A stretch of 64,000 bases of DNA from a virus (Duplodnaviria > Heunggongvirae > Uroviricota > Caudoviricetes). The stretch lies in IMG/VR virus record IMGVR_UViG_3300044845_000732, positions 1 to 64,000 of that record; one strand, 5' to 3'. The translations under genes and the position numbers were made by a program. The notes below the pieces were generated by a model. That model was not told the DNA's origin. It worked only from the letters and a program-made list of their open reading frames with translations, and ran no database searches. Positions within the stretch are counted from its first letter, which is position 1. The number at the start of each line of letters is the position of its first letter. Below, piece by piece: positions 10,108 through 20,254 of this stretch.

Positions 10108-10823
10108 TATTCTTTAAAAACCCCTTTTTTAATTAATTTAGAAACAACTCTTGAAGATGCGGTTTCTAAAGATTTTTTTGTTGATATACCAATTGTTGAT
10201 TGGTTAAATTTAATTTCATCTACGTCATCTAAAAGAGATGATGTTTTTACTGTGTTAGATTCACCTAACCCACTACCGGTTATAACTTCTCCTGTTTGTG
10301 CATCAACAAATCTAATTTGTAAACCTAAACGAGTTGTTTGAGTTATTTTTGCACCTTCACTTCCTTTAATCACTTCGTCTTCCGACACACTGAAATCGTA
10401 AACTTCTATGTAAACAAAATAGTTCGCTAAAATTACATTACCTTTAACTTCTATTTTATTACTTGAAATTCCTTTATCAGATGCCTTATCTTGGGCAATC
10501 ATTTTGTTTTTGATTTCCGCTTTATCCTCAGTGAATTTAAACCTATCTGTTGATTCCAAATACTCTAATACAATATTTGCAACCCCAAGACCTACTCGTT
10601 TATCTTTTAGTTCCGGGTACATCTCATATATCTCATCGTTAATACCAATTTTTAATATTTGGATTGGTATTACAATGTCACCATTATAATCACTAACAAC
10701 ATCTAAAGATTGTTTTTTTTCAAAATCGGCTTTATAGTCCTCAGTTTTTATGGTTCCAATAGTTTGAGATAATCCAATACACGAAAAAAGTAAAAAAGGT
10801 AATAGTAATACTAACTTCTTCAT
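10107..10823 (-). CDS. lipoprotein
   Basis: Start taken at the internal MKKLVLLLPFLLFSC (lipobox). The track ORF extends upstream from a non-ATG start. Confidence 0.55.
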   Translation of the reverse strand: MKKLVLLLPFLLFSCIGLSQTIGTIKTEDYKADFEKKQSLDVVSDYNGDIVIPIQILKIGINDEIYEMYPELKDKRVGLGVANIVLEYLESTDRFKFTEDKAEIKNKMIAQDKASDKGISSNKIEVKGNVILANYFVYIEVYDFSVSEDEVIKGSEGAKITQTTRLGLQIRFVDAQTGEVITGSGLGESNTVKTSSLLDDVDEIKFNQSTIGISTKKSLETASSRVVSKLIKKGVFKE

Positions 10824-10824
10824 C

Positions 10825-11163
10825 CTACCAAGGGTCTTCCTCTTCTTTTGGTTTAACAGGTGCTGGTTGTGCCGCAGGTTTTTCCACAACTTTTTCTCTG
10901 ATGATTGTGTTAGTACCACCACCATTGTTTTGTTGTTTTTGTTGGTTTGTGTTGTTGTTTTGTAGATTGATAACTACAGGTGCTGCCGCAGGTTGTGCAA
11001 CTTGTTCTGTTTTTGTTTCTTCTTCATCACTATGACCTCCAAATAATTGTGTTGATAACCATATACCACCACCACCAATAACTGTGGTAAGTGTACCTAT
11101 TATAGTTTTCTTTAATCCTGACCAAGTACCATCATTTTGTGTTTCTTGCGTTTCTTCTGACAT
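10825..11163 (-). CDS. membrane protein with a Pro/Ala/Gln-rich tail
   Basis: One TM segment (IIGTLTTVIGGGGIWL); stop abuts the start of the lipoprotein gene. Confidence 0.45.
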   Translation of the reverse strand: MSEETQETQNDGTWSGLKKTIIGTLTTVIGGGGIWLSTQLFGGHSDEEETKTEQVAQPAAAPVVINLQNNNTNQQKQQNNGGGTNTIIREKVVEKPAAQPAPVKPKEEEDPW

Positions 11164-11231
11164 TTTAATTTAATTTTAATTGTTTATTTCCTTCTTATAG
11201 GCTTTGGTGTCACAAATTGTGACACCATAAA

Positions 11232-13115
11232 TTATTTACGGATAATCTTATTAGATTCTATTCCCGTACCTTTTTTAAGAGTAACGATGTAAGTCCCTGA
11301 AGGAAGGTGACCAACATTTGTACTATATCTGTGTTCTCCTGAATTTAAATCAGTACGAACAATTGTTTTAATTTCTCTACCACCCAAATCATATAAAGAC
11401 AACCAAACATTACCTTCTTTTTCTACTGTAAATTTGACTGTGATTTCATTATCAGTTGGATTTGGATATGTCACCATATATTCTAAATCGGTTGGTTTCA
11501 TAACTCTCATGATTTGAATAATTCCGTTTGTTGGTATTATTTTCAAATCTTTAGCAATTGAATTTCCTGAGAATTTTTTTGTAACATATAAAGGACTTAC
11601 ACCCCATTGACTTTGAATTTCTTTCGCTATGAATTGTAGCGTGAATGCTAATTCGTTGTCGTTTAATAATTTCGTATTTTTTGTTGGGTCATAACCACCC
11701 CACTCAACAATATTATCATTTGTGTTAACATAAGTTATCCATCCACTAACTTTATTCTCCGCTCTAACACCTGTAAAATCTAATAGATTACTATTGTAAT
11801 TTAGTGCTAGTTGTAAAGAACCTAATTGAATTCCATTTGTTTTTACAAGAACAGGAACCTCAACTCTACTATTTTCATTTACCGTTAAACTTGGATAGTT
11901 TAATTCGATTGTTTGTAATGTTGGGTTGTCATAAGTTGTTGTAACATCAATAATATTTGATGGTGCGTTTAATGGGTTTACGATTTCAATTGGGGTCATA
12001 CGAGCCATATTAAAACCAGTACCATTAGCGTCTCCTTTAACTAAGACATAGAAAGTAACTGTTGTTGTACCCGGTAAAATATTGTAAACAAGATTTGTTA
12101 CACCCGGAATTGTAGATTGTAAAGATGATGTTGCTCCATTAATAGAAGTGTATTCTGAATCTGAGAAGAATTTAACATCTTTAACCGTATTAGGCCAAGA
12201 ACTAAATCTTCCTGATACTCTACCAAACACACCATACACATCAGAAATTGATATGTTGTTGTCACCATTAACATCAGATGAATAGAAATCAAATCCTGTT
12301 GGAGTATCTTGACCTAAAACAAATCTGTTGATTTTTTGTGAGTCAGATGTAGAAATGATATTCGCAATTGTTAGTGATTCACCATCTACTCTAATACGAA
12401 CGTCATAACTTGTAACATCTAATGGTACATCCGTAAATGTGAAAACACCAGAGTTATTTGTTTGTGTTGTTGACGCTTGAACCCAAGTTGAAGATGTCAT
12501 TAATTTTTTCTCTAAAATAACCGGAATTAATTTTGACCCCGTTCCTGTTACGTTAGTGAATGTACCACTAAACGAAAATAGTTGAGGTAAAAACGCTCCA
12601 CCAAAGTTTTGTAAATTTAAAGTATAGTCAGAACCATTTTGTTTTGTTGCAGTTTGTGGGAATGTTTGAACACCACTAAATGTCATGGGTTGAACAGACG
12701 ACAAACTCGCAAAATTTGCTGAGTGTACTAAATTTAATTTTACAAATGACCCATCTGATAATTCAAAATTGGAATCATTACCTGTGTAAGTTAGAGTAAT
12801 CGTAACATATCCATTAGCAGGACTATCCTGAAATTGAATATATTGAGGAAACGATGTATTTGACGATACAACAGAAGACACTGATGTGAATGCTGCGGTA
12901 TCATAAAACACTCGAAACTGAGCAGCCGTAACTAACTCCGTAGTATTGTTAAAAAAACATAAACCTACTTCAGTATTACCAGCAGATGCCGGTGCTAATT
13001 GATAGGTTGCGTCTAATGTAACAAAAACTCCGGTAGTTGTCGGTGTCGGACAAATTTGGGAATAACCCAGTGAAGTCATTATAAGGAATGACAGCGCCAT
13101 AAAAAGTTTTTTCAT
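11232..13115 (-). CDS. secreted protein with a T9SS (Por) C-terminal sorting domain
   Basis: Signal peptide. C-terminus YPNPTDNEITV...LSLYDLGGREI...GTYIVTLKK...KIIRK matches the T9SS CTD consensus. Confidence 0.72.
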   Translation of the reverse strand: MKKLFMALSFLIMTSLGYSQICPTPTTTGVFVTLDATYQLAPASAGNTEVGLCFFNNTTELVTAAQFRVFYDTAAFTSVSSVVSSNTSFPQYIQFQDSPANGYVTITLTYTGNDSNFELSDGSFVKLNLVHSANFASLSSVQPMTFSGVQTFPQTATKQNGSDYTLNLQNFGGAFLPQLFSFSGTFTNVTGTGSKLIPVILEKKLMTSSTWVQASTTQTNNSGVFTFTDVPLDVTSYDVRIRVDGESLTIANIISTSDSQKINRFVLGQDTPTGFDFYSSDVNGDNNISISDVYGVFGRVSGRFSSWPNTVKDVKFFSDSEYTSINGATSSLQSTIPGVTNLVYNILPGTTTVTFYVLVKGDANGTGFNMARMTPIEIVNPLNAPSNIIDVTTTYDNPTLQTIELNYPSLTVNENSRVEVPVLVKTNGIQLGSLQLALNYNSNLLDFTGVRAENKVSGWITYVNTNDNIVEWGGYDPTKNTKLLNDNELAFTLQFIAKEIQSQWGVSPLYVTKKFSGNSIAKDLKIIPTNGIIQIMRVMKPTDLEYMVTYPNPTDNEITVKFTVEKEGNVWLSLYDLGGREIKTIVRTDLNSGEHRYSTNVGHLPSGTYIVTLKKGTGIESNKIIRK

Positions 13116-13203
13116 AGTTTAATAATATCTTGGTAATTTATTACCTATAAATATTCTTATTAAAGTTCGGCACCTTAGTTATGGTATTTATTTATAAAAA
13201 AAC

Positions 13204-13662
13204 ATGAGATTTATCATATTATTAATGTTGTTATTTTCCATTCAATCGTTTTCACAAATAATCATTGATGATGTTGGTGAAGGGTGGAAAAAAAATGTTG
13301 AAAAAAGTTTGGAAGTGATTCAAAAAGTGGATTCATCCAAGTACGACGTAGTAATTAAACAATGTAAACGGATAGGGTTTTGGAATAATAAGTTTTCAAC
13401 CACTGAAGGTAATGATGTTATATTGATATCTAAACAAGACATTCAATCTGGTAATATCAACAATTTATCGGCCATAATTATTCATGAATCGAAACATTTA
13501 TATTATAGGAATAATAACATATTTTTAGATGAGAGGGATGAAGAAATTTTATGTTATCAATATGAATTGGGTTTCCTTAAACAAATACCTTTAGTTGAAG
13601 ATTGGTTAATTAATCATTGTGAAAATATGATTAAGTATTATCGTAGTTTAAAACAAAAATAA
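13204..13662 (+). CDS. secreted small protein with an HExxH motif
   Basis: Signal peptide; contains IIHESKHLYY (HExxH). Confidence 0.45.
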   Translation: MRFIILLMLLFSIQSFSQIIIDDVGEGWKKNVEKSLEVIQKVDSSKYDVVIKQCKRIGFWNNKFSTTEGNDVILISKQDIQSGNINNLSAIIIHESKHLYYRNNNIFLDERDEEILCYQYELGFLKQIPLVEDWLINHCENMIKYYRSLKQK

Positions 13663-13690
13663 TTGAAGTATTTATAATAAAATAAAAAGA

Positions 13691-14257
13691 ATGAATAATT
13701 TAAGGGAAATAATTAAAGAGACATTAGGGTCTCACTTAGATAAGACTTTAATATTAAAAGAAGATGTAAAAGTTTCTGAAGTATTATCTTACCACATTAA
13801 TGAAGGTATGTCGTTAAACGATAATGTTTTTAAAACCTATTCTCAAAAATATTTTGATTTGGTTAATGAGGTTAGGACATTATGGAATGAGGGTAAAATA
13901 GACCTTAATGAAAAAGACACCTTAATGGTTGAGTCTGATTTGGGAGTTAGGGTTAAAAAAGGAGATGAAATGATTTATTTAGACGCTCCTTACATATACG
14001 AAACAGAGGACGAAAAGAATATTTTAAATAAACCTGAAAGAGAAGGAACTAATAAATTTGCGGTATATGTTAAAACACCTGATAACGGTGTTAAGAAAAT
14101 TACATTTGGTGACCCTAAATTAAAAATTAAAAATGATTATAAAGGTGATATAAAATCTTTTAGAGAGAAACACAAATGTGACCAAAAGAAAGATAAAACA
14201 ACTGCAGGTTATTGGGTTTGTAATATTGGACGATATTCGAAACAACTTGGATTATAA
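13691..14257 (+). CDS. hypothetical protein
   Basis: 188-aa ORF. Confidence 0.5.
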   Translation: MNNLREIIKETLGSHLDKTLILKEDVKVSEVLSYHINEGMSLNDNVFKTYSQKYFDLVNEVRTLWNEGKIDLNEKDTLMVESDLGVRVKKGDEMIYLDAPYIYETEDEKNILNKPEREGTNKFAVYVKTPDNGVKKITFGDPKLKIKNDYKGDIKSFREKHKCDQKKDKTTAGYWVCNIGRYSKQLGL

Positions 14258-14261
14258 AAAA

Positions 14262-14292
14262 AAATACCCCGTAATTGGGGTATTTTTTTTTA
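14262..14292. terminator. bidirectional rho-independent terminator
   Basis: A-run, hairpin ATACCCC-gtaatt-GGGGTAT, T-run, placed between convergent genes. Confidence 0.6.
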
Positions 14293-15471
14293 TTCTGGAC
14301 TTTGGGTACAATCTTCTTCATAACCGATTTCTTCTCCAACTTGATGAGCTCCTCCGATTTCAATGTTTTGTAATCTTATTCCCATTGATTCTCTAAGATT
14401 TTGAATTCGTCTTCTAAGTGGTGAAATATTTTCTTCAGTCATATCTTCACCAATTTCTTCCATGATATTGTTCATTTCTTCTCTAATTTCTCTACCTAAA
14501 GGTCTTAATTGAACAACTCGAGGTTCAACACGTCTTTCTTCCATGTTAAAATTAATTTGTGGAATTGCCTCTTCCATCATTGGTGTTTCCACCTCATACA
14601 TTGGTCTTTCTACCTCCTCATATCTATCTTCTTGAACTAATGATTTTTCCATAGAACGACCACATTCTTTACGAACTTGTGTTCTAATTTTAGTTGAAGA
14701 CAAATCTCTATTGGTTTCTTCCGATTTCAAAATTTGTTTAATAATTGGGAACATATAATCATCTATATCTAATTCCAAGAAATCGACTCTTTGGTCCGCA
14801 GCATTCCAAAAACTTAATTCTTTATCTCCATCAAGAGCTTTGAATACGGCAAATTTTAATCCGGTGATTTTATTAATAAAATAAACTAAAATACCTCTTT
14901 TCCAATATCTTTCAAAATACTGTTTATCATTTTGGTAAGTTGTACACCATTTAGTTGCCGCTCCGTATTTGGATGACGCTCCAAATGTTAATGGTCTTAA
15001 TGCCAACCAAGTTTCGTCATCGTGTTCTCTAACGATTTGAGACCTCAATTCTTTCTCATCTTCTTTTAGAGATGCTAATCCAACAGATGACCTGATTTGT
15101 TCAAAATTTTGGTAAGAAGTGACATCATTATTTAGTATTAAACCTCTTTCATTATATTTTCGAAATGATGCTAAAAGTTGCATATCTTCATTACTAAAAT
15201 GGTCTGATAAACAATAATGAGCATAAATTTCATTATTTGACATACCATTATAATTTAAACCCATAAGGTCCAATCTTTCTTTAATATGATTCATTTCATT
15301 TTCTTCGTCACGTTTGTGCCATAATTTATTCACTTGGAATCTTGATGAAAATAATTTACACATTAAAGGCAAGTATTTGTTTGTTTTGGTACTATCCATT
15401 TTTAAAAACAAATCGATTATTGATATGTTTAACTCAGGATACTGTTTTTTAATTTCTGTGATTTTTGACAT
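14290..15471 (-). CDS. hypothetical protein, paralog family with an RPLT..SSKYGAxTxWCTT motif
   Basis: LRPLTFGASSKYGAATKWCTTYQNDKQYFERYW also occurs in 52556..54037; acidic C-terminal tail. Confidence 0.55.
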   Translation of the reverse strand: MSKITEIKKQYPELNISIIDLFLKMDSTKTNKYLPLMCKLFSSRFQVNKLWHKRDEENEMNHIKERLDLMGLNYNGMSNNEIYAHYCLSDHFSNEDMQLLASFRKYNERGLILNNDVTSYQNFEQIRSSVGLASLKEDEKELRSQIVREHDDETWLALRPLTFGASSKYGAATKWCTTYQNDKQYFERYWKRGILVYFINKITGLKFAVFKALDGDKELSFWNAADQRVDFLELDIDDYMFPIIKQILKSEETNRDLSSTKIRTQVRKECGRSMEKSLVQEDRYEEVERPMYEVETPMMEEAIPQINFNMEERRVEPRVVQLRPLGREIREEMNNIMEEIGEDMTEENISPLRRRIQNLRESMGIRLQNIEIGGAHQVGEEIGYEEDCTQSPE

Positions 15472-15583
15472 AAGTTATTTAGTTTGATTAAATTATAATT
15501 TTTTTAATTAAATGGGTCAAATACAAATGTAAATTTTAACATTTTAATTTTTTTCGTATGATTAAATGTAGTATATTTGCATT

Positions 15584-16009
15584 ATGAAAACAATAACCTC
15601 ACTTTTATTTTTATTGATTCCATTTATGGGATTCTCTCAGGATGCGGACTTAATGTATGTACCGGACCAAAATACAATTGTTGCAACTTATAACAGCAAT
15701 TACTCTCCAATTGGGTATTATGTTGGTGGGTATATCACAACGACCCGTCCACAACCTTACATCTACACAACACCGATGTCAATTTTAAATCGTGTTGGTA
15801 TTAACTTAACTAATCATAAGGTAAGTTTAATGGGTGGAGTGTTTATGGAGACATATATTGACGAAATTAAGTTCAAACCTGATGTGTGGGTTAAAGCATA
15901 CCCATTAAGAATATTAACCAATACCGATAGAGGGTTTGATTTCGTGGTTGGTGTAAACTACATGGAAGGATTTAGATACGGAGTCGGTGTTGTAATTCCA
16001 TTTCGATAG
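15584..16009 (+). CDS. secreted beta-rich protein (possible small OM beta-barrel)
   Basis: Signal peptide followed by alternating aromatic/hydrophobic strands. Confidence 0.5.
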   Translation: MKTITSLLFLLIPFMGFSQDADLMYVPDQNTIVATYNSNYSPIGYYVGGYITTTRPQPYIYTTPMSILNRVGINLTNHKVSLMGGVFMETYIDEIKFKPDVWVKAYPLRILTNTDRGFDFVVGVNYMEGFRYGVGVVIPFR

Positions 16010-16021
16010 TATTTATGAATA

Positions 16022-16996
16022 ATGGAAGAATTAGAATTACCGATAGCAAGACTTAATAATTTTTTATCTGAATACACATTCAAGGTGTACGACCCTTTGG
16101 GTGATGTTGCCCCTCGAGAAATGTATGCGGTTGTTAAAGTTGAACTTACAGGTACTAAAGAGATGTATCGTGCTGGTGATAAAATGACATTTATCACTTA
16201 CACAACATTTATACAACCTTCTAGCCCGATGATGAATACTCTTACAGATTTATTAATGAGAGGTCACAAAGAACTTGAACTTGATAATCAAGATTTAACT
16301 TTTTATGTTTTAAATAATCGAATAAGTGACCAATTACAAAGGTTTTTATTATATTGGGGTATTGAAAACCCGGTGATTTGTACAAAAGTAATTAATGAAA
16401 CTAATAATAACATAAACGAAAGTTTAATTATGGAAGGAAAATATGATAGAATTGTTAGACAAATTGTTAATGATATCTTAAGTGTGTTTAAAACTAAAAA
16501 AGTTGGAAATTACCAGCTACCTGATGATTTGAGAGAGACGGAATCTTATTATGATTATTCTGAATTAGGTAAAGGATATAGTTTAAACTTGTCAATTAAA
16601 GAAAATGAAGATGTTGAAACTTTTGAAGTAGAGGGTGATTTATATTATAAAGATGATGTAATTGATATTGAAATTTTAGTGAACCCTAATTCAGGTAATG
16701 AAATATTAAATGATTTAGTTAATGAATTGAATGAAGTTGTTAGACATGAAATTGAACATATATTACAATATCAAGGAGGTAGAAGAGCTAGAAAGGAAGT
16801 ATCAGACAAATATAAATATTATACCCACAAATATGAATTGGGGGCTCAAAAAGCCGGATTCAAAAGGAGAGCAAGAAGGGAAAAAAATGATATGGAAACT
16901 TTGGTAAGAAATTGGTTTAAAAAATATCCTCACAAACACACTTTAAATCCTGAACAACAAGAAAGAGTTATTCAAAAAATTCTTTTTGAAAAATAG
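16022..16996 (+). CDS. hypothetical protein with an HExxH motif
   Basis: 324-aa ORF; HEIEH occurs near the C-terminus. Confidence 0.5.
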   Translation: MEELELPIARLNNFLSEYTFKVYDPLGDVAPREMYAVVKVELTGTKEMYRAGDKMTFITYTTFIQPSSPMMNTLTDLLMRGHKELELDNQDLTFYVLNNRISDQLQRFLLYWGIENPVICTKVINETNNNINESLIMEGKYDRIVRQIVNDILSVFKTKKVGNYQLPDDLRETESYYDYSELGKGYSLNLSIKENEDVETFEVEGDLYYKDDVIDIEILVNPNSGNEILNDLVNELNEVVRHEIEHILQYQGGRRARKEVSDKYKYYTHKYELGAQKAGFKRRARREKNDMETLVRNWFKKYPHKHTLNPEQQERVIQKILFEK

Positions 16997-16997
16997 A

Positions 16998-17618
16998 TTA
17001 TCTAAATCTTTTAAGTATTTTTCTGATTGTTACTGTCAACGCTTGTGCACTCAATGCTATAACTCCCGACGCCAATAATCTTTCAGTAATTTGTAACGCT
17101 GTTTGACGTAAATTTGTTGATGATTCACCAAGCGAGTAAATGTCAAAAATAATTGGTACTAAACAACTGTATGCCGCAATTTCTAATAAAGTTCCAACGG
17201 TAATATTAATTGATGATAAAAACCCAATGAAAGCCGATTTTAATTCTTGTCCTTTAGATGAAATTTGTTCAAATTGAGGTAAAATACCTTCCTCATTAAT
17301 TTTTTCCATCAATCTACTCATCGCTCGTTTATTTTCGAAGAATAACATTGATGCAACGGCAACAAGGATTAAAGATTCTTGTTGTTCATTTAAATTAAAG
17401 TTTCCGGATTTAATAAAATTATCTATTGGCATCATTAGACCACCAACTGAAGTACCCCAAGTTAACAACATTTTAAGATTTATTCCGTAAATTGTTTTTA
17501 CTCGATTTACAATATTTTCGGTGAAGGAATATAATGTTTTCATATCTTCCGTCATCTTAGATTTGTCCTGTTCCGTTAAAATTGTCTTTAGTTGTGTCTC
17601 TGTGATTAAAAATTCCAT
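16998..17618 (-). CDS. membrane protein
   Basis: Start moved to the internal MEFLITE. The longer track ORF starts at TTG and overlaps the divergent gene. Several hydrophobic helices. Confidence 0.45.
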   Translation of the reverse strand: MEFLITETQLKTILTEQDKSKMTEDMKTLYSFTENIVNRVKTIYGINLKMLLTWGTSVGGLMMPIDNFIKSGNFNLNEQQESLILVAVASMLFFENKRAMSRLMEKINEEGILPQFEQISSKGQELKSAFIGFLSSINITVGTLLEIAAYSCLVPIIFDIYSLGESSTNLRQTALQITERLLASGVIALSAQALTVTIRKILKRFR

Positions 17619-17649
17619 AATAATAAATATATTGATTATATTTATAAGT

Positions 17650-18255
17650 ATGAAAGGACAATTAAATCCACCATTAAAAGTTGGTGATAATATAATGTGT
17701 TTCCATATGGAACACGAAACAACCGTTCCACCGGGGACAAAAGGTGTTGTAACCAAAGTTCAAAGGGACCCATTTGAACCAAACGAGGATGATGTTATTA
17801 TCAGTGTTAATTGGGAAAATGGTAGTAAATTATCTTTAGTTAGTGCTACTGACGCTTGGAAAAAACTTTCTGAAGAACGAATTGAAGAACAGACTGGTAG
17901 TAGAGAGTATGACTTCTTCAAAAAAAATCCTGACATTTTTGAAAACTTTAATTATAGATTCCTAAACGAATATCTTAAGAAAGTTCAAAAAGCCGGTCCT
18001 GTGAATATGTTTCAAGCAGGACCGTTATTGTATTCAGGTAAAAAATGGATTGACCGATATTATGGTGAAAATAATGAAGACAATGAAGATTTCCAAGAAA
18101 TGTTGGACAGCTCTGAAGAGGCTAAAGACATAATGATTCAAGGTACTTTAAAATGGATGGAATCACAAGGTAAAGAAATTGATTTAGATGATGTCAATCG
18201 AACTATTAAAAGACTATCCCAAAAAATTGTTGAATTATACATGAAATTTTATTAA
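17650..18255 (+). CDS. hypothetical protein
   Basis: Start taken at the internal ATG (MKGQLNPPLKVGDN). The track ORF begins at GTG inside the divergent gene. Confidence 0.5.
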   Translation: MKGQLNPPLKVGDNIMCFHMEHETTVPPGTKGVVTKVQRDPFEPNEDDVIISVNWENGSKLSLVSATDAWKKLSEERIEEQTGSREYDFFKKNPDIFENFNYRFLNEYLKKVQKAGPVNMFQAGPLLYSGKKWIDRYYGENNEDNEDFQEMLDSSEEAKDIMIQGTLKWMESQGKEIDLDDVNRTIKRLSQKIVELYMKFY

Positions 18256-19433
18256 TTACTCAAAGGTGCTTTAATTACCGGATGTGATTCATAGTTCTCA
18301 ATTTGGAATTGGGCAATTGATTGATACTCCATATCAATTCCGGTTATTGGACAAGGTGAGAATTTTAATCTCGGTAACTTATAAGGTTCTCTTGTTGTAT
18401 AAGGAATTTTATATGAATCATAATATTCAGTTAATCCACCACCAAACGGCATTAATTCATCAACCGCTTTATTATAATTTTCTTCACCCATTGCCTGTTT
18501 TAACAATTCGGTTCTTTCTTCGTGAGTTAATTCTCTTCCAATCTGTTCTTTGGCTTGTTCAATATGATTTGAATACAAATGAACATCACCAAGATTCCCA
18601 ATCAACTCATCCGGAATCATATTTACTTCTTTTGCTATAATCTCTAATAACAATCCATAAGAAGCAATGTTGAATGGAATTCCCAAAAATAAATCGCAAC
18701 TTCTTTGATTCCACATTAAAGAGATTGCTCTTTTTGGAGTTGAGTTTTTAGCAATTTCTTCAACAATATAAAGATTCTCTAATTCAACATCAGTATGTTT
18801 CAAAACCCATTGAACTCTCTCTTCCCAACTCAACTCTCTTGTATAAACTTGAAATCCATAATGACAAGGTGGAAGAACCATTTGGTCTAATTCTCCAACA
18901 TTCCAAGCATTAACCATTAATCGTCTTGAGTCTGGATTTGATTTAAGGTCATTGATTAGGTTTGCGATTTGGTCTACACCACCTTTATTAATCTCACCCG
19001 ATTCAGGTGCCCATTTCCTCCATTGCTTACCGTAAATTGGACCTAAATCACCCCACTTCTTGGCAAACTTATCATCGTTCTTTATCTTATTAATAAAATC
19101 ATCCATTGATAAAATCTTTTCAGGTTCATTACCAATCATTAATAGTAGATAATTTTTATAAGCATCACCATTCCAAATGTTACATCCATTATCGACCAAC
19201 CATTTGATGTTTGTATTCCCTTGAAGGAACCAAAGAAGTTCTGTGACGATTGATTTCCACGGCATCTTTTTGGTCGTAAGTAATGGGAATCCTTCTGACA
19301 TTTTATGTCTGATTTGTCTTCCGAATACTGAGATTGTTCCCGTCCCGGTTCTGTCTTTTTTCTCCACACCATTATCAAGAATATCTTGAAGTAGGTCTGT
19401 GTATGTTTTGTCTAATTTATTCATAAATCCCAT
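18252..19433 (-). CDS. thyA: thymidylate synthase (ThyA) family enzyme with two large insertions
   Basis: Motifs FPLLTTKK, RRLMVNAWNVGELDQMVLPPCH, QRSCDLFLGIPFNIASY, GDVHLYSNH and HPVIKAP. 393 aa versus about 264-290 aa for typical ThyA. Confidence 0.75.
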   Translation of the reverse strand: MGFMNKLDKTYTDLLQDILDNGVEKKDRTGTGTISVFGRQIRHKMSEGFPLLTTKKMPWKSIVTELLWFLQGNTNIKWLVDNGCNIWNGDAYKNYLLLMIGNEPEKILSMDDFINKIKNDDKFAKKWGDLGPIYGKQWRKWAPESGEINKGGVDQIANLINDLKSNPDSRRLMVNAWNVGELDQMVLPPCHYGFQVYTRELSWEERVQWVLKHTDVELENLYIVEEIAKNSTPKRAISLMWNQRSCDLFLGIPFNIASYGLLLEIIAKEVNMIPDELIGNLGDVHLYSNHIEQAKEQIGRELTHEERTELLKQAMGEENYNKAVDELMPFGGGLTEYYDSYKIPYTTREPYKLPRLKFSPCPITGIDMEYQSIAQFQIENYESHPVIKAPLSN

Positions 19434-19457
19434 ATACTTTTTCTTTTTCGTTTTATT

Positions 19458-19601
19458 TTATTCAGTAGTAACTGAAGTATCAGTACTATCATTTGTATCA
19501 TCTTCTTCATCTATTTCTTCAATATGTTGATACCACATTGGATTTGGTAATCCACTATAATAGTCCCACAATTCATCGTCGGTTGATTGTGTATTACTCA
19601 T
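19458..19601 (-). CDS. small acidic protein (47 aa)
   Basis: ATG overlaps the stop of the upstream gene (GATGAGTAA, coupled); MSNTQSTDDELWDYY.... Below the track cutoff. Confidence 0.3.
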   Translation of the reverse strand: MSNTQSTDDELWDYYSGLPNPMWYQHIEEIDEEDDTNDSTDTSVTTE

Positions 19602-19824
19602 CTTCTAACTCACCTTCTAATTCAAGGTTTTGACCTTCTTCAACTTTACTATCAATGTATTGACGAAGTTCTTTCATATGTTGTAAGAAACCCAATCTTA
19701 ATCGATGGAATTCCTCATCTTTGATTTCATCCCAATCACTATAACTTACAAAGCAGTAGTCAAAACCTTCTGCATCCATTCTGTATTGAACTGATTGCCA
19801 ATATTCTAATTCATCTTCTGTCAT
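19594..19824 (-). CDS. hypothetical acidic protein
   Basis: 76-aa ORF. Confidence 0.45.
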   Translation of the reverse strand: MTEDELEYWQSVQYRMDAEGFDYCFVSYSDWDEIKDEEFHRLRLGFLQHMKELRQYIDSKVEEGQNLELEGELEDE

Positions 19825-19828
19825 TTTC

Positions 19829-20254
19829 TCAATTTTGTATTTCGTTAGTTTTCAAATAATCCTCAATTAATAAATCTATTTTTTTTCTACCTTTTTCGTT
19901 AATCGGTATTGGATTTCCTTCTTCATCAATACGAACAAATCGTATATTAGTTTTTAAGACAATTACTTGATTACCGGTGTAAACATTATGTGCTCTCGCC
20001 TCCATGTATAATGTTACAGAGGTAGTACCCAATTTAGAAGGTCTACCATATATTTTAAGTAATTGTCCTTCTTTAGCCGGTTTTTCAAAATAACATTTAT
20101 CTATTGAAACAGTAACCATTCTTGGTGTATCACATAATTGCATAGAATACCCCGCAGCTGCGGCATCAATCCATGCAAGCAATTTTCCTCCAAATAAGTT
20201 TCCGTGAAAACCTAAATCAGATTTTTTAATTGGGTGTGTATTTAATAATTCCAT
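19829..20254 (-). CDS. hotdog-fold acyl-CoA thioesterase-like protein
   Basis: GFHGNLFGGKLLAWIDAAAAGYSM...VTVSID resembles the YciA/4HBT family. Confidence 0.55.
   Translation of the reverse strand: MELLNTHPIKKSDLGFHGNLFGGKLLAWIDAAAAGYSMQLCDTPRMVTVSIDKCYFEKPAKEGQLLKIYGRPSKLGTTSVTLYMEARAHNVYTGNQVIVLKTNIRFVRIDEEGNPIPINEKGRKKIDLLIEDYLKTNEIQN

Noticed and set aside
7687-12292. Short internal ORFs 7687..7869, 8352..8585, 9477..9662, 10504..10689, 12098..12292
   Set aside because: Nested inside or antisense to longer, better-supported secreted-protein genes.
18284-19378. ORFs 18284..18640(+) and 19139..19378(-)
   Set aside because: Alternative frames within the thyA-family gene.
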